DNA from: an uncultured Gemmatimonadales bacterium
GTDB taxonomy: Bacteria; Gemmatimonadota; Gemmatimonadetes; Gemmatimonadales; Gemmatimonadaceae
DNA: 64,000 nucleotides
Assembly: GCA_963793305.1 (NCBI GenBank)
Contig: CAWBZV010000012.1
Coordinates: forward strand, 160,001-224,000
Direction of reading: 5' to 3'
Shown: positions 1-10,078 of the stretch, piece by piece
Layout: each line of letters begins with the position of its first letter
Numbering within the stretch: position 1 is the first letter of the stretch
Position numbers and translations under genes: made by a program
The notes under the pieces: model-generated
The model's database searches: none
Told to the model about the DNA's origin: nothing
Seen by the model: only the letters and a program-made list of their open reading frames with translations

Positions 1-76
1 GCTCTATGACGAGGCCAAGCGGGCGCATAGGGACTTGGTTTGGCTCATCACCGCCGCCCTCGTGCACTTTGCGTGA
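1..76 (+). CDS. 3' end of an unidentified CDS running in from the left edge
   Basis: Open frame LYDEAKRAHRDLVWLITAALVHFA* ending TGA 74-76; too short to assign. Confidence 0.4.
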   Translation, partial: LYDEAKRAHRDLVWLITAALVHFA

Positions 77-159
77 AGTTCTGGCGTTTTGCCTGTAGGG
101 ACAATACGACACAAACGCTTGGCTGCGTTGCGACGTAAGGAGTTACCGAGCTCAACCAA

Positions 160-176
160 TGGGCGTGCCGATTGCC
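160..176 (+). promoter_or_regulatory. Candidate sigma54 (-24/-12) promoter
   Basis: TGGGCGTGCCGATTGCC: GG(162-163)-N10-GC(174-175) with TTGC, ~45 nt upstream of ATG 219. Confidence 0.4.
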
Positions 177-218
177 ACATCCTGTGCCAACTCCTGGGCC
201 CTAGATGAGGAATCGCTA

Positions 219-809
219 ATGCAGCAGCGCAAACTCCCGTACGTCACAGCTCTCATTCTCGTCAGCGCTGCCCTTTGGGCGTGCGGCGGCGACAATGCGA
301 CGCAACCTCTTGCCCCAACATTGTCCGCGTCGACGACGACAACAACGAGGACGACAGCGACGAGTAAAGATGTCGTCGGCGACCTCCTCGGCGACCTTGG
401 ACTCGGCGGTAAGCCAGTCCTGTTCAACTGCGTCGGCAACGGTGGCCCATATACCGGCAGCGGTACGGTCGGTATCCTGGGCGGCCAGGTCAACTTTGGC
501 CCGCACTCGCTGACGGTTCCGCCGTTGGCGGTCTGGAAGCCGGTGACGATTACGGCGACGACGATCCCCGGCGACACGATCGCGGTGCAGTTCCAGCCGG
601 CGGGCACCAAGTTCTTGCTGCCGCCGAACCTGTCGCTCGACTACGGTCACTGTCAGAACAAGCCGACCGCGCCCCTGACGATCGACCTGCTCGACGATCT
701 GCTCGGCACGATCCTCGACCTGCTCCCGTCGCTCGACCCCGGGCAGGGTAAAGTCTCGGCGCCGATCTGGCACTTCTCGGTGTATGCCGCGGCGGAGACG
801 CGTCGCTAG
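219..809 (+). CDS. Lipoprotein with ZU5-like domain and C-terminal HFS motif
   Basis: GAGGA RBS before ATG 219; lipobox LWAC; Thr-rich linker; GILGGQV..SLTVPP.AV..PVTIT and WHFSVYA resemble ZU5. Confidence 0.7.
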   Translation: MQQRKLPYVTALILVSAALWACGGDNATQPLAPTLSASTTTTTRTTATSKDVVGDLLGDLGLGGKPVLFNCVGNGGPYTGSGTVGILGGQVNFGPHSLTVPPLAVWKPVTITATTIPGDTIAVQFQPAGTKFLLPPNLSLDYGHCQNKPTAPLTIDLLDDLLGTILDLLPSLDPGQGKVSAPIWHFSVYAAAETRR

Positions 810-812
810 CAC

Positions 813-2358
813 GTGGCAACGTTAGCGACGCTGTCGCAGGCCCGGGAACGCGAGCGTGCGGGTAGGCTCGATGCGGCTATCGAGGACTATGTCGCGGTAG
901 CGGCGGGCGCGGGGACCGATATCACCGAGATCGAAGCGCGGTGTGAGGCCCTGCGCCGCCACGCGATGATCCGCCGGCGGCGCCAGGAGCATGGCGCCGC
1001 GATCGCGTTGTGCGAGGAGAGCTTCAACACGGCCACGGCAGCGCACCTGCCGCTGGCCGCTTCGTCTGCCCTGAATGCCCTCGGGCTGGTGCACATTGAT
1101 CGCGCCTCGTGGGCCGCGGCGAATGATGCGTTCGAGCGGGCGCTGACGCTCGGCGGGCACGACCCGAAGCTCCGCGCCAGCATCGAGCAGAATTGCGGGA
1201 TCGTCGCCAACATCCAGGGCGACTTCACCACCGCTTTGAGCCGCTATCGCCGAGCGTTGGCGGGCTTCGAGGCGGCCGGCGATCATCGCGGGTGCGCGAT
1301 CGTCAACCACAACTTAGGCATGATCAGCGCCGACCTGCAGCGCTGGGAAGAGGCCGACGCGCACTTCGCGGCGAGCCTCGAGCTGGGCGCGAAGATCGGC
1401 GACCCGCAGTTGCGCGCCAACGCGCTGTTGCAGCGCACGGAAATCCATCTCGCCCGCCAGCGCTACGAGGACGCGCGCCAGGGCGCCGAAGAAGCGCTGC
1501 GCATCTTCGACGAGCTCGGCGTCCGTCAGGGGCGATCCGAGGCGTATCGGTTCCTGGGCATGATGTACCGCGAGACGGGCGCGCCGGCCTTGGCCGAAGC
1601 GCGATTGCGCTCGGCCATGAAGCTGGCGTCGGATGCGGGCACGAACATCGAGGAAGCCGAAGCGACGCGCGAGCTGGCCGTGCTGTATCAGCAGCTCAAT
1701 CGCAATCAAGATGCGCTGACGCTGCTCAACGTCTCGCACCGCCTCTTCCAACGCTCGGGCGCGCAAGCCGATCTCAAGGACGTTACGACGAAGGTCGTCG
1801 ATCTCGAGCGCATTTACCTGGACCTCGTTGCGACGTGGGGGCGCTCGATCGAATCCGCGGACGGGTACACGCACGGTCACTGTGAGCGTGTCGCCCAGTA
1901 CGCGACGACCGTCGCGCAGCGCCTCGGGCTCAACGAATCCATGATCACCGCCGTGCGCGTCGGCGCGTACCTGCACGACGTTCGGCAAAGTGCGCGTCCC
2001 GCACGAGATCTTGAACAAGCCCGGGCGGTTGACGCCCGAAGAGCGCGAGATCATGGAGCAGCACACCATCTACGGGATCGAGCTCCTGGCCTCGATCGAG
2101 TTCCCGTGGCCCGTCAAGCCGATCATCCGGTCGCACCACGAGAAGCAAGACGGCTCAGGCTACCCCGACCGTCTCCGTGGCGACGAAGTGCCGCTCACCG
2201 CGCAGGTCATCGGCATCGTCGACATGTACGATGCCCTGACCACGACGCGCAGCTACCGCAAAGCCATGACGCACGACGAGGCGGTGGCCGAGATCAACAA
2301 GTGCGCCCACTGGTGGCGCCCCGATGTTGTCTCGGCGTTCCTGAGTACGATCAGCTAG
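813..2358 (+). CDS. TPR-repeat + HD-GYP phosphodiesterase (one +1 frameshift at ~1981)
   Basis: TPR-like helices (NALGLVH, NCGIVANIQGD, HNLGMI); D.YT.GH.ERVA; LHD(V)GK split by an extra T; HHEKQDGSGYP in ORF 1990-2358. Confidence 0.88.
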
Positions 2359-2702
2359 CGCGCGGCGATCGCCGCGATCTCGACCAGGAATTGAGGCCCC
2401 GCCAGCGGGGACCCAACGGTGGCGCGGGCGGGCGGAGACCCGGGGGTCACCCACGCGTCCCAGACGCTGTTCATCGAGTCGTAGAAGGCCACGTTGGACA
2501 ACCAGATATTCGCGGCGAGCAGTTTCGACTTGTCGCTGCCCGCCTCGCGGAGCAGCGATTCGATCTTCGCGAGGCACTGGCGGGTTTGACCGATAATGTC
2601 CGCCGTCGTATCGCTGGCGACCTGGCCGGCGATGTAGATCGTGTCGCCGTGCACGACCGCCTGACTCATGCGTGGCCCGGCGTTGATGCGTTGTATGCTC
2701 AT
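2355..2702 (-). CDS. RidA/YjgF/UK114 family (YoaB-like) enamine/imine deaminase
   Basis: IYIAGQV, PARATV (catalytic Arg present), LVEIAAIA. Confidence 0.9.
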   Translation of the reverse strand: MSIQRINAGPRMSQAVVHGDTIYIAGQVASDTTADIIGQTRQCLAKIESLLREAGSDKSKLLAANIWLSNVAFYDSMNSVWDAWVTPGSPPARATVGSPLAGPQFLVEIAAIAAR

Positions 2703-3616
2703 CGGGTGAAGTCCACGGCAACCGTGTTGCCGCCGCTAATGACGATGCCGACGCGCTCGGCGGGCGCCGGCGTGTAGACACCAGAAAGTATCGCCGCCAA
2801 GGCGCACGCGCCCGCCGGCTCGGCGACCAAGCGCGCGTGCGACCACAGGTGTTCTTGCGCCCGGCGGATCGCGTCGTCCGTGACGAGGACGACGCGCTCA
2901 ACCCACCGGCGGGCCACGGGATAGCACTGATCGCCGACGCGCTTGGGCGACATCGCATCAGCCGCGATCCCGACGCCAGACTGGGTATCCACGGGGTGAC
3001 CGGCTTCGAATGCGTTGTACAACGTGGGTGACAGCTCGGGCTCGACGCCGATCACGCGAATCGACCCGTCGTACCAGGCGCCGAGTCCGGCGATGAGCCC
3101 GCCGCCGCCGACGGGCACGAGCAGCGTGTCGAGCGTGGGCGCCTGCTCTTGCAGCTCCAATCCCACGGTTCCCGCGCCGAGCATCGTCTCGACCTGGTCG
3201 AACGAATGGACCACGATCGCACCCGACTCCGCCGCCCACGCCTCGGCCTGCTCGAATGCCTCCGGGATACCCTCCGCGAGCACGAGGGTCGCGCCGTAGT
3301 CGCGAATGCGCTGGAGCTTGGCGGGTGAGGCGTAGCGTGGGGCGAAGATCTTTGCCGTGTGCCCCAGGGCACGCGCGGCGAACGCCACGGCCCCGCCGTG
3401 ATTGCCGCCCGTGGCCGCCACGACGCCGGCGGCCGGGACCTCGCGCATGAGAAGGTTGGCGAACGCGCCCCGCGTCTTGAACGAGCCCGCGTGTTGGCAG
3501 AGCTCGAGTTTGGCCGTGAGGCCATCGAGGGTGATCGTCGGCGTTCGGCGAATGTATGAGCCAATATGCGTGTGGGCGGCGGCAATGCCATCCCGATCGA
3601 CCGTGAGCGTCAGCAT
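2699..3616 (-). CDS. PLP-dependent serine/threonine dehydratase
   Basis: KLELCQHAGSFKTRGA (PLP Lys), TGGNHG, VPVGGGGL, ISGGN. Confidence 0.9.
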   Translation of the reverse strand: MLTLTVDRDGIAAAHTHIGSYIRRTPTITLDGLTAKLELCQHAGSFKTRGAFANLLMREVPAAGVVAATGGNHGGAVAFAARALGHTAKIFAPRYASPAKLQRIRDYGATLVLAEGIPEAFEQAEAWAAESGAIVVHSFDQVETMLGAGTVGLELQEQAPTLDTLLVPVGGGGLIAGLGAWYDGSIRVIGVEPELSPTLYNAFEAGHPVDTQSGVGIAADAMSPKRVGDQCYPVARRWVERVVLVTDDAIRRAQEHLWSHARLVAEPAGACALAAILSGVYTPAPAERVGIVISGGNTVAVDFTR

Positions 3617-3630
3617 GGTTGACAAGATAC

Positions 3631-3646
3631 TTAGCCAAATAGCTAA
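3631..3646. promoter_or_regulatory. Probable ArsR operator in divergent intergenic region
   Basis: TTAGC-N6-GCTAA inverted repeat in an AT-rich gap between the dehydratase and ArsR genes. Confidence 0.5.
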
Positions 3647-3654
3647 TTATCAAT

Positions 3655-3957
3655 ATGGTGATCGATCGCGTGCTGCGCGCGCTGGCCAGCGAGCGACGGC
3701 TGCGCATCCTCGACTGGCTCAAAAATCCCGTCGCCCATTTTCCGCCGCAGGTCGACGGGGATCTGGTGAAGGACGGCGTGTGCGGCGTGTTCATCGCCCA
3801 GAAGCTCGGCGTGTCGCAACCCACGGCGCACGAGCACTTGCGCATTCTCTCGGCCGCGGGGCTCATCCGCGGGAAGCGCATCAAGCAGTGGACGTTCTAT
3901 AAGCGCGACGAGGCGCGCATTCGGGAGCTCAAACGGGGCGTTTTGAGCCGGATCTAA
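3655..3957 (+). CDS. ArsR/SmtB family transcriptional regulator
   Basis: LRALASERRLRIL...GVSQPTAHEHLRILSAAGLI. Confidence 0.9.
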   Translation: MVIDRVLRALASERRLRILDWLKNPVAHFPPQVDGDLVKDGVCGVFIAQKLGVSQPTAHEHLRILSAAGLIRGKRIKQWTFYKRDEARIRELKRGVLSRI

Positions 3958-3973
3958 ATCAAAACGCCCCGTT
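3932..3973. terminator. 15-bp perfect hairpin between convergent genes
   Basis: AACGGGGCGTTTTGA (3932-3946) / TCAAAACGCCCCGTT (3959-3973). Confidence 0.6.
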
Positions 3974-3979
3974 CGCGTG

Positions 3980-4234
3980 TTACATGCAGCTCGCCGATTT
4001 CATGGCCAGCTTCGTCGCCTCGAACGTGCCATCCTTGTCGGCGGCGCCGGTCAACGTCACGGTGTGCCCGACGTGCCCGTCGAGCTTCACCGACTTCGAC
4101 ATCACCGGCCACGTCTTTCCGCCGGCGGCGATCGAGTACGTCCCGGCCTTGTTGCCCTTCGACAAACACCCGCTCACCGTATCGGCCGGCGCGGGCGCCG
4201 CCATCATCATGATCGCTGCAATGGTGCTTATCAT
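3980..4234 (-). CDS. Small secreted OB-fold-like protein (DUF5818-like)
   Basis: AGGAG RBS; signal peptide; TVSGCL...L.GHVGHTVTLTG...SASC with paired Cys; C-terminal part of ORF 3980-5563. Confidence 0.7.
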   Translation of the reverse strand: MISTIAAIMMMAAPAPADTVSGCLSKGNKAGTYSIAAGGKTWPVMSKSVKLDGHVGHTVTLTGAADKDGTFEATKLAMKSASCM

Positions 4235-4330
4235 GCTCATCTCCTGTCTTGGGGGTGTCGAGAACCTATCATCAACCACTCCCCCAGTCACGCTCAACGA
4301 TACGCCGGACTCGTGCGTTAGTTTTCTAGC

Positions 4331-7300
4331 ATGTGGATAGTCCGCCTGGCGCTCCGCCGTCCCTACACGTTCGTCGTCGCCTCCCTCCTCGTCATCATCT
4401 TCGGGATCGTCGCGATCCGCCGCACACCGGCGGACGTCTTCCCCGAGATCAACAGCCCAGTCATTAACGTCGTCTGGGTCTGGCCGGGCATGAGCCCGCG
4501 CGACATGGAACAGCGCATCGTCGGCCCGAACGAGCGCTTCGCGACGACCGTCGTCAACGACATCGAGCACATCGAGTCGAACTCGCTGTTCGGCGAGGGC
4601 GTCATCCGGATCTTCTTCCACCCCGATGTCAACATCGGCGCGGCCAACGCGCAGGTCACGGCCTACTGCCAGACCGCGCTGCGCGGCTATCCGCCGGGCA
4701 CGGTCCCACCGCTCATCATCCAGTTCAACGCGACGAACGTCCCGATCCTCCAGCTCGGCATCAGAAGCTCCGTCCTGTCCGAGCAGCAGATCAACGACAA
4801 CGCCTCGAACTTCCTGCGCGTCGGCCTGGCGACCGTCCAAGGCGCGCAGTTGCCGGGGCTCTATGGCGGCAAGCCGCGGCAGATCATGGTCGACCTGGAC
4901 CCGTCGGCCTTGCTCGCCAAGGGGCTGAGCCCGGCCGACGTCAGCCTGGCCATGAACGCGCAGGTCGTGACGACGCCCTCCGGCAGCGTCAAGCTCGGCT
5001 CGCGCGAATATCAGGTCGGGCTCAACTCGAATCCCGACGTCGTCGAGACGCTGAACGACATGCCGATCCGCCAGGTGAACGGCGCGATGGTCTACGTCCG
5101 CGATGTCGCCCACGTGCACGACGGCTACGCCGTCCAGACGAACATCGTCCGCGACAATGGATCCCGCGGCGCGCTGCAAACGATTCTCAAGGCGCAAGGC
5201 AATTCGACGCTCGACATCGTCAAGCGCGTCAAAGAAGCCCTGCCGGCCATCATGAATACCCTGCCGCCGTCGATGCAGATGCGCTACGTGATCGACCAGT
5301 CGGTCTTCGTGCGCGCGGCGCTCGACGGCGTGTTGCGCGAGGCCGCCATCGCGGCGTGCCTCACCGCGCTCATGATCCTCATCTTCCTCGGCAGCTGGCG
5401 CAGCACGCTCATCGTCGCCATCTCGATCCCGCTCTCCATCCTCTGCTCGATCATCACGCTCGCCGCGCTTGGCCAAACGCTGAACGTGATGACCATGGGC
5501 GGACTGGCCCTCGCGGTCGGCATCCTCGTCGACGATGCCACGGTCGAGATCGAGAATATCCATCGTAATTTGGGCCAGCGAAAAGAGCTGACGCAGGCCA
5601 TTCTCGACGGCGCCTCCCAGATCGCGGTGCCCGCGTTCGTGTCCACCTTGGCGATTTGCATCGTCTTCGTCCCCGTGTTCTTCCTCGGGGGTATCGCAGG
5701 CGCGCTCTTCGCCCCGTTAGCCATGGCGGTGATCTTCGCCATGCTCGCGTCGTACGTGCTCTCCCGCACCATCGTGCCGACGATGGTGCAGTTCTTATTG
5801 AAGAACGAAGCCGAGATGTACCGCGAGGGCGAGCACGCCGAGGGCGGGACGGGCCTGGTGTGGCGCATCTATCACGCGTTCAATCACGTGTTCGAGCGCG
5901 CGCGCGACCGGTATCACGCGGCGCTCAAGCACGCCCTGACGCGGAGACGCTGGGTCGCGGCGGCCGCGGTGCTCTTTTGCGTCGGCACGGCATGCCTGCT
6001 GCCATTCATCGGCGAGGACTTTTTCCCGAAGGTCGACGCGGGCCAGATTCGCCTGCACGTGCGCGCGCCGGCCGGCACGCGCATCGAAGAGACCGAGCAA
6101 TTCGTGGCCGCCATCGATCGCACGGTCCGCGAGACCATCCCGCCACGGGAGCTCGCGGGGATTCTCGACAACATCGGGTTGCCCTATAGCCAGATCAACC
6201 TGTCGACGAGCGACACGCCGACGATCAGCGCCGCGGACGCCGAGATCCTGATCTCACTCGAGCCGGAGCACCGCACGTCAACCTGGCAGTACATCAAGGT
6301 CCTGCGCCGGCGGCTCCACGACCTCTATCCCCAGGGCACCTTCTCGTTCGGCGCCGCCGACATCGTGAGCCAGATCCTGAACTTCGGGATTCCGGCGCCG
6401 ATCGACATTCAAGTCGTCGGCCGCGACCCCAGGAACTACGAGATCGCCCAGCGACTCGTGAATGAGATCCGTAACGTGCCGGGCGCCGTGGATGTGCGCA
6501 TTCAGCAGGAGATGGCCGCGCCGGAGCTCATGTTCGACGTCGACCGCTCCCGCGCCGCCGAGCTCGGAGTGTCGCAGCAGAACGTCGCGTCGAGTGTCCT
6601 CACGTCGCTGTCGTCGACCGTGCAAGCTGCGCCCAACTTCTGGCTGAACACGGAGAACGGCATCCAGTACAGCCTCGTTGTCCAGACGCCGCCGCTCAAG
6701 TTCAACACGCTCGACGACGTCAACGCGACCCCCATTGGCTCGCCGGCATCCGGCGTACCCGGATTCACCGGCCTCCCATCCCGCGCGGTCCCGATCGCGA
6801 GCCAGGAAGCACCCCTCGTGCTCGGCAACGTCGCCAGCATGCATCGCACGACGGTGCCGATGGAGATCAGCCACTACAACGTCCAGAACGTGTTCGATAT
6901 CTTCGCCGCGCCGCAGGACCGCGACCTGGGCGGCGTTGCCGCCGATATCGATCGCATCGTCGCCCGTGAGAAACCAAACCTCCCACGCGGCACGCAACTC
7001 GTCGTGCGCGGCCAGGTCCGCAGCATGTTCACCTCGTTCGCTGGTCTTGGCGCCGGTCTCGCGTTCGCGATCTTGCTCGTCTACTTGTTGATGGTCGTCA
7101 ACTTCCAGTCCTGGTCCGACCCGCTGATAATAATTATGGCTCTCCCAGGGGCATTGGCGGGGATTTTGTGGGCGCTCTTCGCCACGAACACCGCCTTTAG
7201 CGTCCCATCGCTCATGGGCGCCATCATGGCCATGGGCGTCGCCACCGCGAATAGCATCCTGCTGGTCACCTTCGCCAACGACCGCCGGCACGCGGGCCGA

Positions 7301-7531
7301 ACCTCGCTCGAGGCCGCGGCCGACGCGGGGTATACCCGCTTGCGTCCCGTGATCATGACGGCCCTCGCCATGATTATTGGCATGCTGCCGATGGCCCTCG
7401 GCCTTGGCGAAGGCGGCGAACAAAACGCACCGCTCGGCCGCGCCGTGATCGGCGGGCTCGTGGTCGCGACCCTCTTCACGCTATTCTTCGTGCCTACTGT
7501 GTATAGTGTTATTCACGGACGGCGCTCATGA
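4331..7531 (+). CDS. RND efflux permease (AcrB/MdtBC family)
   Basis: 1066 aa; GILVDDATVEIENI, RLRPVIMT, PLGRAVIGG. Confidence 0.95.
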   Translation: MWIVRLALRRPYTFVVASLLVIIFGIVAIRRTPADVFPEINSPVINVVWVWPGMSPRDMEQRIVGPNERFATTVVNDIEHIESNSLFGEGVIRIFFHPDVNIGAANAQVTAYCQTALRGYPPGTVPPLIIQFNATNVPILQLGIRSSVLSEQQINDNASNFLRVGLATVQGAQLPGLYGGKPRQIMVDLDPSALLAKGLSPADVSLAMNAQVVTTPSGSVKLGSREYQVGLNSNPDVVETLNDMPIRQVNGAMVYVRDVAHVHDGYAVQTNIVRDNGSRGALQTILKAQGNSTLDIVKRVKEALPAIMNTLPPSMQMRYVIDQSVFVRAALDGVLREAAIAACLTALMILIFLGSWRSTLIVAISIPLSILCSIITLAALGQTLNVMTMGGLALAVGILVDDATVEIENIHRNLGQRKELTQAILDGASQIAVPAFVSTLAICIVFVPVFFLGGIAGALFAPLAMAVIFAMLASYVLSRTIVPTMVQFLLKNEAEMYREGEHAEGGTGLVWRIYHAFNHVFERARDRYHAALKHALTRRRWVAAAAVLFCVGTACLLPFIGEDFFPKVDAGQIRLHVRAPAGTRIEETEQFVAAIDRTVRETIPPRELAGILDNIGLPYSQINLSTSDTPTISAADAEILISLEPEHRTSTWQYIKVLRRRLHDLYPQGTFSFGAADIVSQILNFGIPAPIDIQVVGRDPRNYEIAQRLVNEIRNVPGAVDVRIQQEMAAPELMFDVDRSRAAELGVSQQNVASSVLTSLSSTVQAAPNFWLNTENGIQYSLVVQTPPLKFNTLDDVNATPIGSPASGVPGFTGLPSRAVPIASQEAPLVLGNVASMHRTTVPMEISHYNVQNVFDIFAAPQDRDLGGVAADIDRIVAREKPNLPRGTQLVVRGQVRSMFTSFAGLGAGLAFAILLVYLLMVVNFQSWSDPLIIIMALPGALAGILWALFATNTAFSVPSLMGAIMAMGVATANSILLVTFANDRRHAGRTSLEAAADAGYTRLRPVIMTALAMIIGMLPMALGLGEGGEQNAPLGRAVIGGLVVATLFTLFFVPTVYSVIHGRRS

Positions 7532-8664
7532 AAGCCGTCCTCGGTACCGGTGCATTGGTGCTGGCGGCGCTCCTGGCGTTCGGCATCATCCCGCGCGTGC
7601 AGCGCTCGCGCGAGCTCGAGGCCGAATCGGCGTCGGTGCACAGCGTGCCGAAGGTGAATGTCGTCACGGTCGGCAAGGCCGCCCCCACGTCTCAGCTCGC
7701 GCTTCCCGGCTCGATCGAGGCGATGCACGAGGCACCGCTCTATGCGCGCACCACGGGCTACATCGCGCGCTGGACCACGGACATTGGCGCGTATGTCACG
7801 CAAGGCCAGCTCATGGCGCAGATCGAGTCGCCCGAGGTCGATCATCAAGTCGATCAGGCCAAAGCTGACTTGATCCAGCTCCAAGCCAACCTGGATCTCG
7901 CCAAACGCACGTTGGACCGTTGGCAAGCACTGGCCCACGATTCGGTTGTCACGGCGCTTGATGTCGATACGAAACAAGCCGCCTATGATGCGGCCGCGGG
8001 CAATTTGAGATCCGGCCAGGCGAATTATCATAGGCTACTGCAACTACAGGATTACGAGCGCGTGGTCGCTCCGTTTCGTGGTGTCGTGACCTCGCGCACG
8101 ATCGACAACGGCATGTTGATCGACGCCGGCGCGACATCGAGCAAGCCGCTCTTCACGGTGGCGGGCACGGATACCGTCAGGGTGTATGTCGACGTGCCGC
8201 AAAGCGCGATGGCGATGGTACAGCCGGGGCAAAAGGCGATCGTCGTGATTCGAGAGCTCCCGCAGACGCCGTTCGAGGGCACGGTAGTCAGAAATGCGAG
8301 GGCCCTGGATGCCGCGTCGCGGACACTGCTGACCGAGGTACAGATCGCGAACCCCAAGCGATTGCTGCTGCCAGGCATGTACGCGGAGGTCCGGTTCCAG
8401 ATCAAGACCGACGGACAAACCCTCGTGATACCGGCAAACGCGCTGGTGGTTCGCACAGAGGGCCCCGAAGCCGCTGTGGTCAAAAGCGACAACACCGTGC
8501 ACTACCAGAAGCTGGAATTGGGAAGGGATTTCGGCACGGAAGTTGAGATTACGGGTGGCCTGGACGAGGGCACGCGGGTCGTCGTCAATCCCTCGGACGA
8601 CATCCGCGAAGGCGTCGCGGTCACCGTGCTGTCACCGGTTGGTGACACAAAGCCAACACGGTAA
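7528..8664 (+). CDS. RND periplasmic adaptor (membrane fusion protein)
   Basis: N-terminal TM, lipoyl halves, APFRGVV, LLPGMYAEV; ATGA overlap with the permease. Confidence 0.93.
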   Translation: MKAVLGTGALVLAALLAFGIIPRVQRSRELEAESASVHSVPKVNVVTVGKAAPTSQLALPGSIEAMHEAPLYARTTGYIARWTTDIGAYVTQGQLMAQIESPEVDHQVDQAKADLIQLQANLDLAKRTLDRWQALAHDSVVTALDVDTKQAAYDAAAGNLRSGQANYHRLLQLQDYERVVAPFRGVVTSRTIDNGMLIDAGATSSKPLFTVAGTDTVRVYVDVPQSAMAMVQPGQKAIVVIRELPQTPFEGTVVRNARALDAASRTLLTEVQIANPKRLLLPGMYAEVRFQIKTDGQTLVIPANALVVRTEGPEAAVVKSDNTVHYQKLELGRDFGTEVEITGGLDEGTRVVVNPSDDIREGVAVTVLSPVGDTKPTR

Positions 8665-8703
8665 CGCGAATGGTGATGAGAGGGTCCCTCATGTTAGGCC
8701 AGC

Positions 8704-10056
8704 ATGCGACGATGCATCCTTTCGATCATCTTCGCCGCCATGTCCGCGTGCTCGGCGGATAATGGGGTGACGACTCCCGCGCCGGGGACGAAAATCCGGC
8801 ACGTGATCATCATCATGCAGGAAAACCGGACGTTCGACACATACTTCGGAACGTATCCAGGCGCGGATGGGATCCCGATGCAGAATGGGGTCCCGCGCGA
8901 CTGCGTGCCCGACCCGGTACACTCGACCTGTATTTACCCCTATCACGATACCGCCAATGTGAACATCGGAGGCCCGCACAACGCCGCCGATGCGAGCCTC
9001 GATATCGACGGCGGCAAGATGGATGGATTCGTCGCCCGGGCGTTGCGGGTCAGCGCGACGTGCAAAAACCCGGAAGACCCGAATTGCCATGGCGGCACCG
9101 ACGTCATGGGCTACCACGACGACCGTGAGATCCCGAACTACTGGGCTTACGCGCAGGGCTTCGTGCTCCAGGACCGCATGTTCGAGCCGGCGGCCACGTG
9201 GAGCCTCCCCACGCACCTGTTCATGGTCTCCGCCTGGTCCGCGGTCTGCGAGATCGACCGGCCCATGACCTGCCAGAACGAGCTGGAGTCGCCCGCGGGT
9301 TACAGCGCCAAAGTTGGCGGTTGGACCGCCGCGAAATCCGGCGCGTATGCATGGACCGACATCACATATCTCTTGCACAAGGCTGGCATCAGTTGGAAGT
9401 ACTACGTCGCAAACGGCTCTCAGCCGGATTGCGACGACGACGGCGCGACATGTCCTGAGGCCCCGCAAAACACCTCGACGCCATCGATCTGGAATCCGTT
9501 GCCGAGCTTCACGACGGTGCGCGTCGATGGAGAGCTCGGGAACATCCAGGATGTCGAAGACTTCTATGAGGACGCGAAGCAAGGCCGCCTCCCCGAAGTC
9601 GCCTGGATCGTGCCGAATCAGCAGGTCAGCGAACACCCGCCGGCGAAGGTGAGCAACGGCGAGAAGTACGTCACCGGGTTGATCAACGCCATTATGCAGT
9701 CACCCCAATGGGATTCTACCGCGATCTTCCTGAGCTGGGATGACTGGGGCGGCTTCTACGATCACGTTGTGCCGCCGAAAATCGACGAGAACGGCTACGG
9801 GATCCGCGTCCCGGGACTCGTGATCAGCCCGTACGCGAAACAGGGCTACATTGATCATCAGATCCTGAGTCACGACGCCTATCTCAAGTTTATCGAGGAC
9901 GTGTTCCTCGCGAATCAGCGCATTGACCCGCGGACCGACGGGCGTCCCGATACCCGTCCCACCGTGCGCGAGTCGGTGCGCCTCCTCGGCGACCTGCGAA
10001 ACGACTTCGATTTCACGCAGCCGGCGCGGGCGCCGATGATACTGGCCCCCCGGTAG
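8704..10056 (+). CDS. Phosphoesterase/phospholipase C family lipoprotein
   Basis: Lipobox MSAC; IRHVIIIMQENRTFDTYFG; WDDWGGFYDHV; GIRVPGLVISPYAK. Confidence 0.9.
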   Translation: MRRCILSIIFAAMSACSADNGVTTPAPGTKIRHVIIIMQENRTFDTYFGTYPGADGIPMQNGVPRDCVPDPVHSTCIYPYHDTANVNIGGPHNAADASLDIDGGKMDGFVARALRVSATCKNPEDPNCHGGTDVMGYHDDREIPNYWAYAQGFVLQDRMFEPAATWSLPTHLFMVSAWSAVCEIDRPMTCQNELESPAGYSAKVGGWTAAKSGAYAWTDITYLLHKAGISWKYYVANGSQPDCDDDGATCPEAPQNTSTPSIWNPLPSFTTVRVDGELGNIQDVEDFYEDAKQGRLPEVAWIVPNQQVSEHPPAKVSNGEKYVTGLINAIMQSPQWDSTAIFLSWDDWGGFYDHVVPPKIDENGYGIRVPGLVISPYAKQGYIDHQILSHDAYLKFIEDVFLANQRIDPRTDGRPDTRPTVRESVRLLGDLRNDFDFTQPARAPMILAPR

Positions 10057-10078
10057 GGGGCGGCATATTGTTGGGACC

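Noticed and set aside
328..362. ACG/ACA trinucleotide run
   Set aside because: Encodes a Thr-rich linker; not a CRISPR or VNTR
1983..2777. C-terminal part of the 654-aa ORF 813-2777
   Set aside because: Out-of-frame read-through after the indel; it overlaps the real HD-GYP frame and the Rid gene
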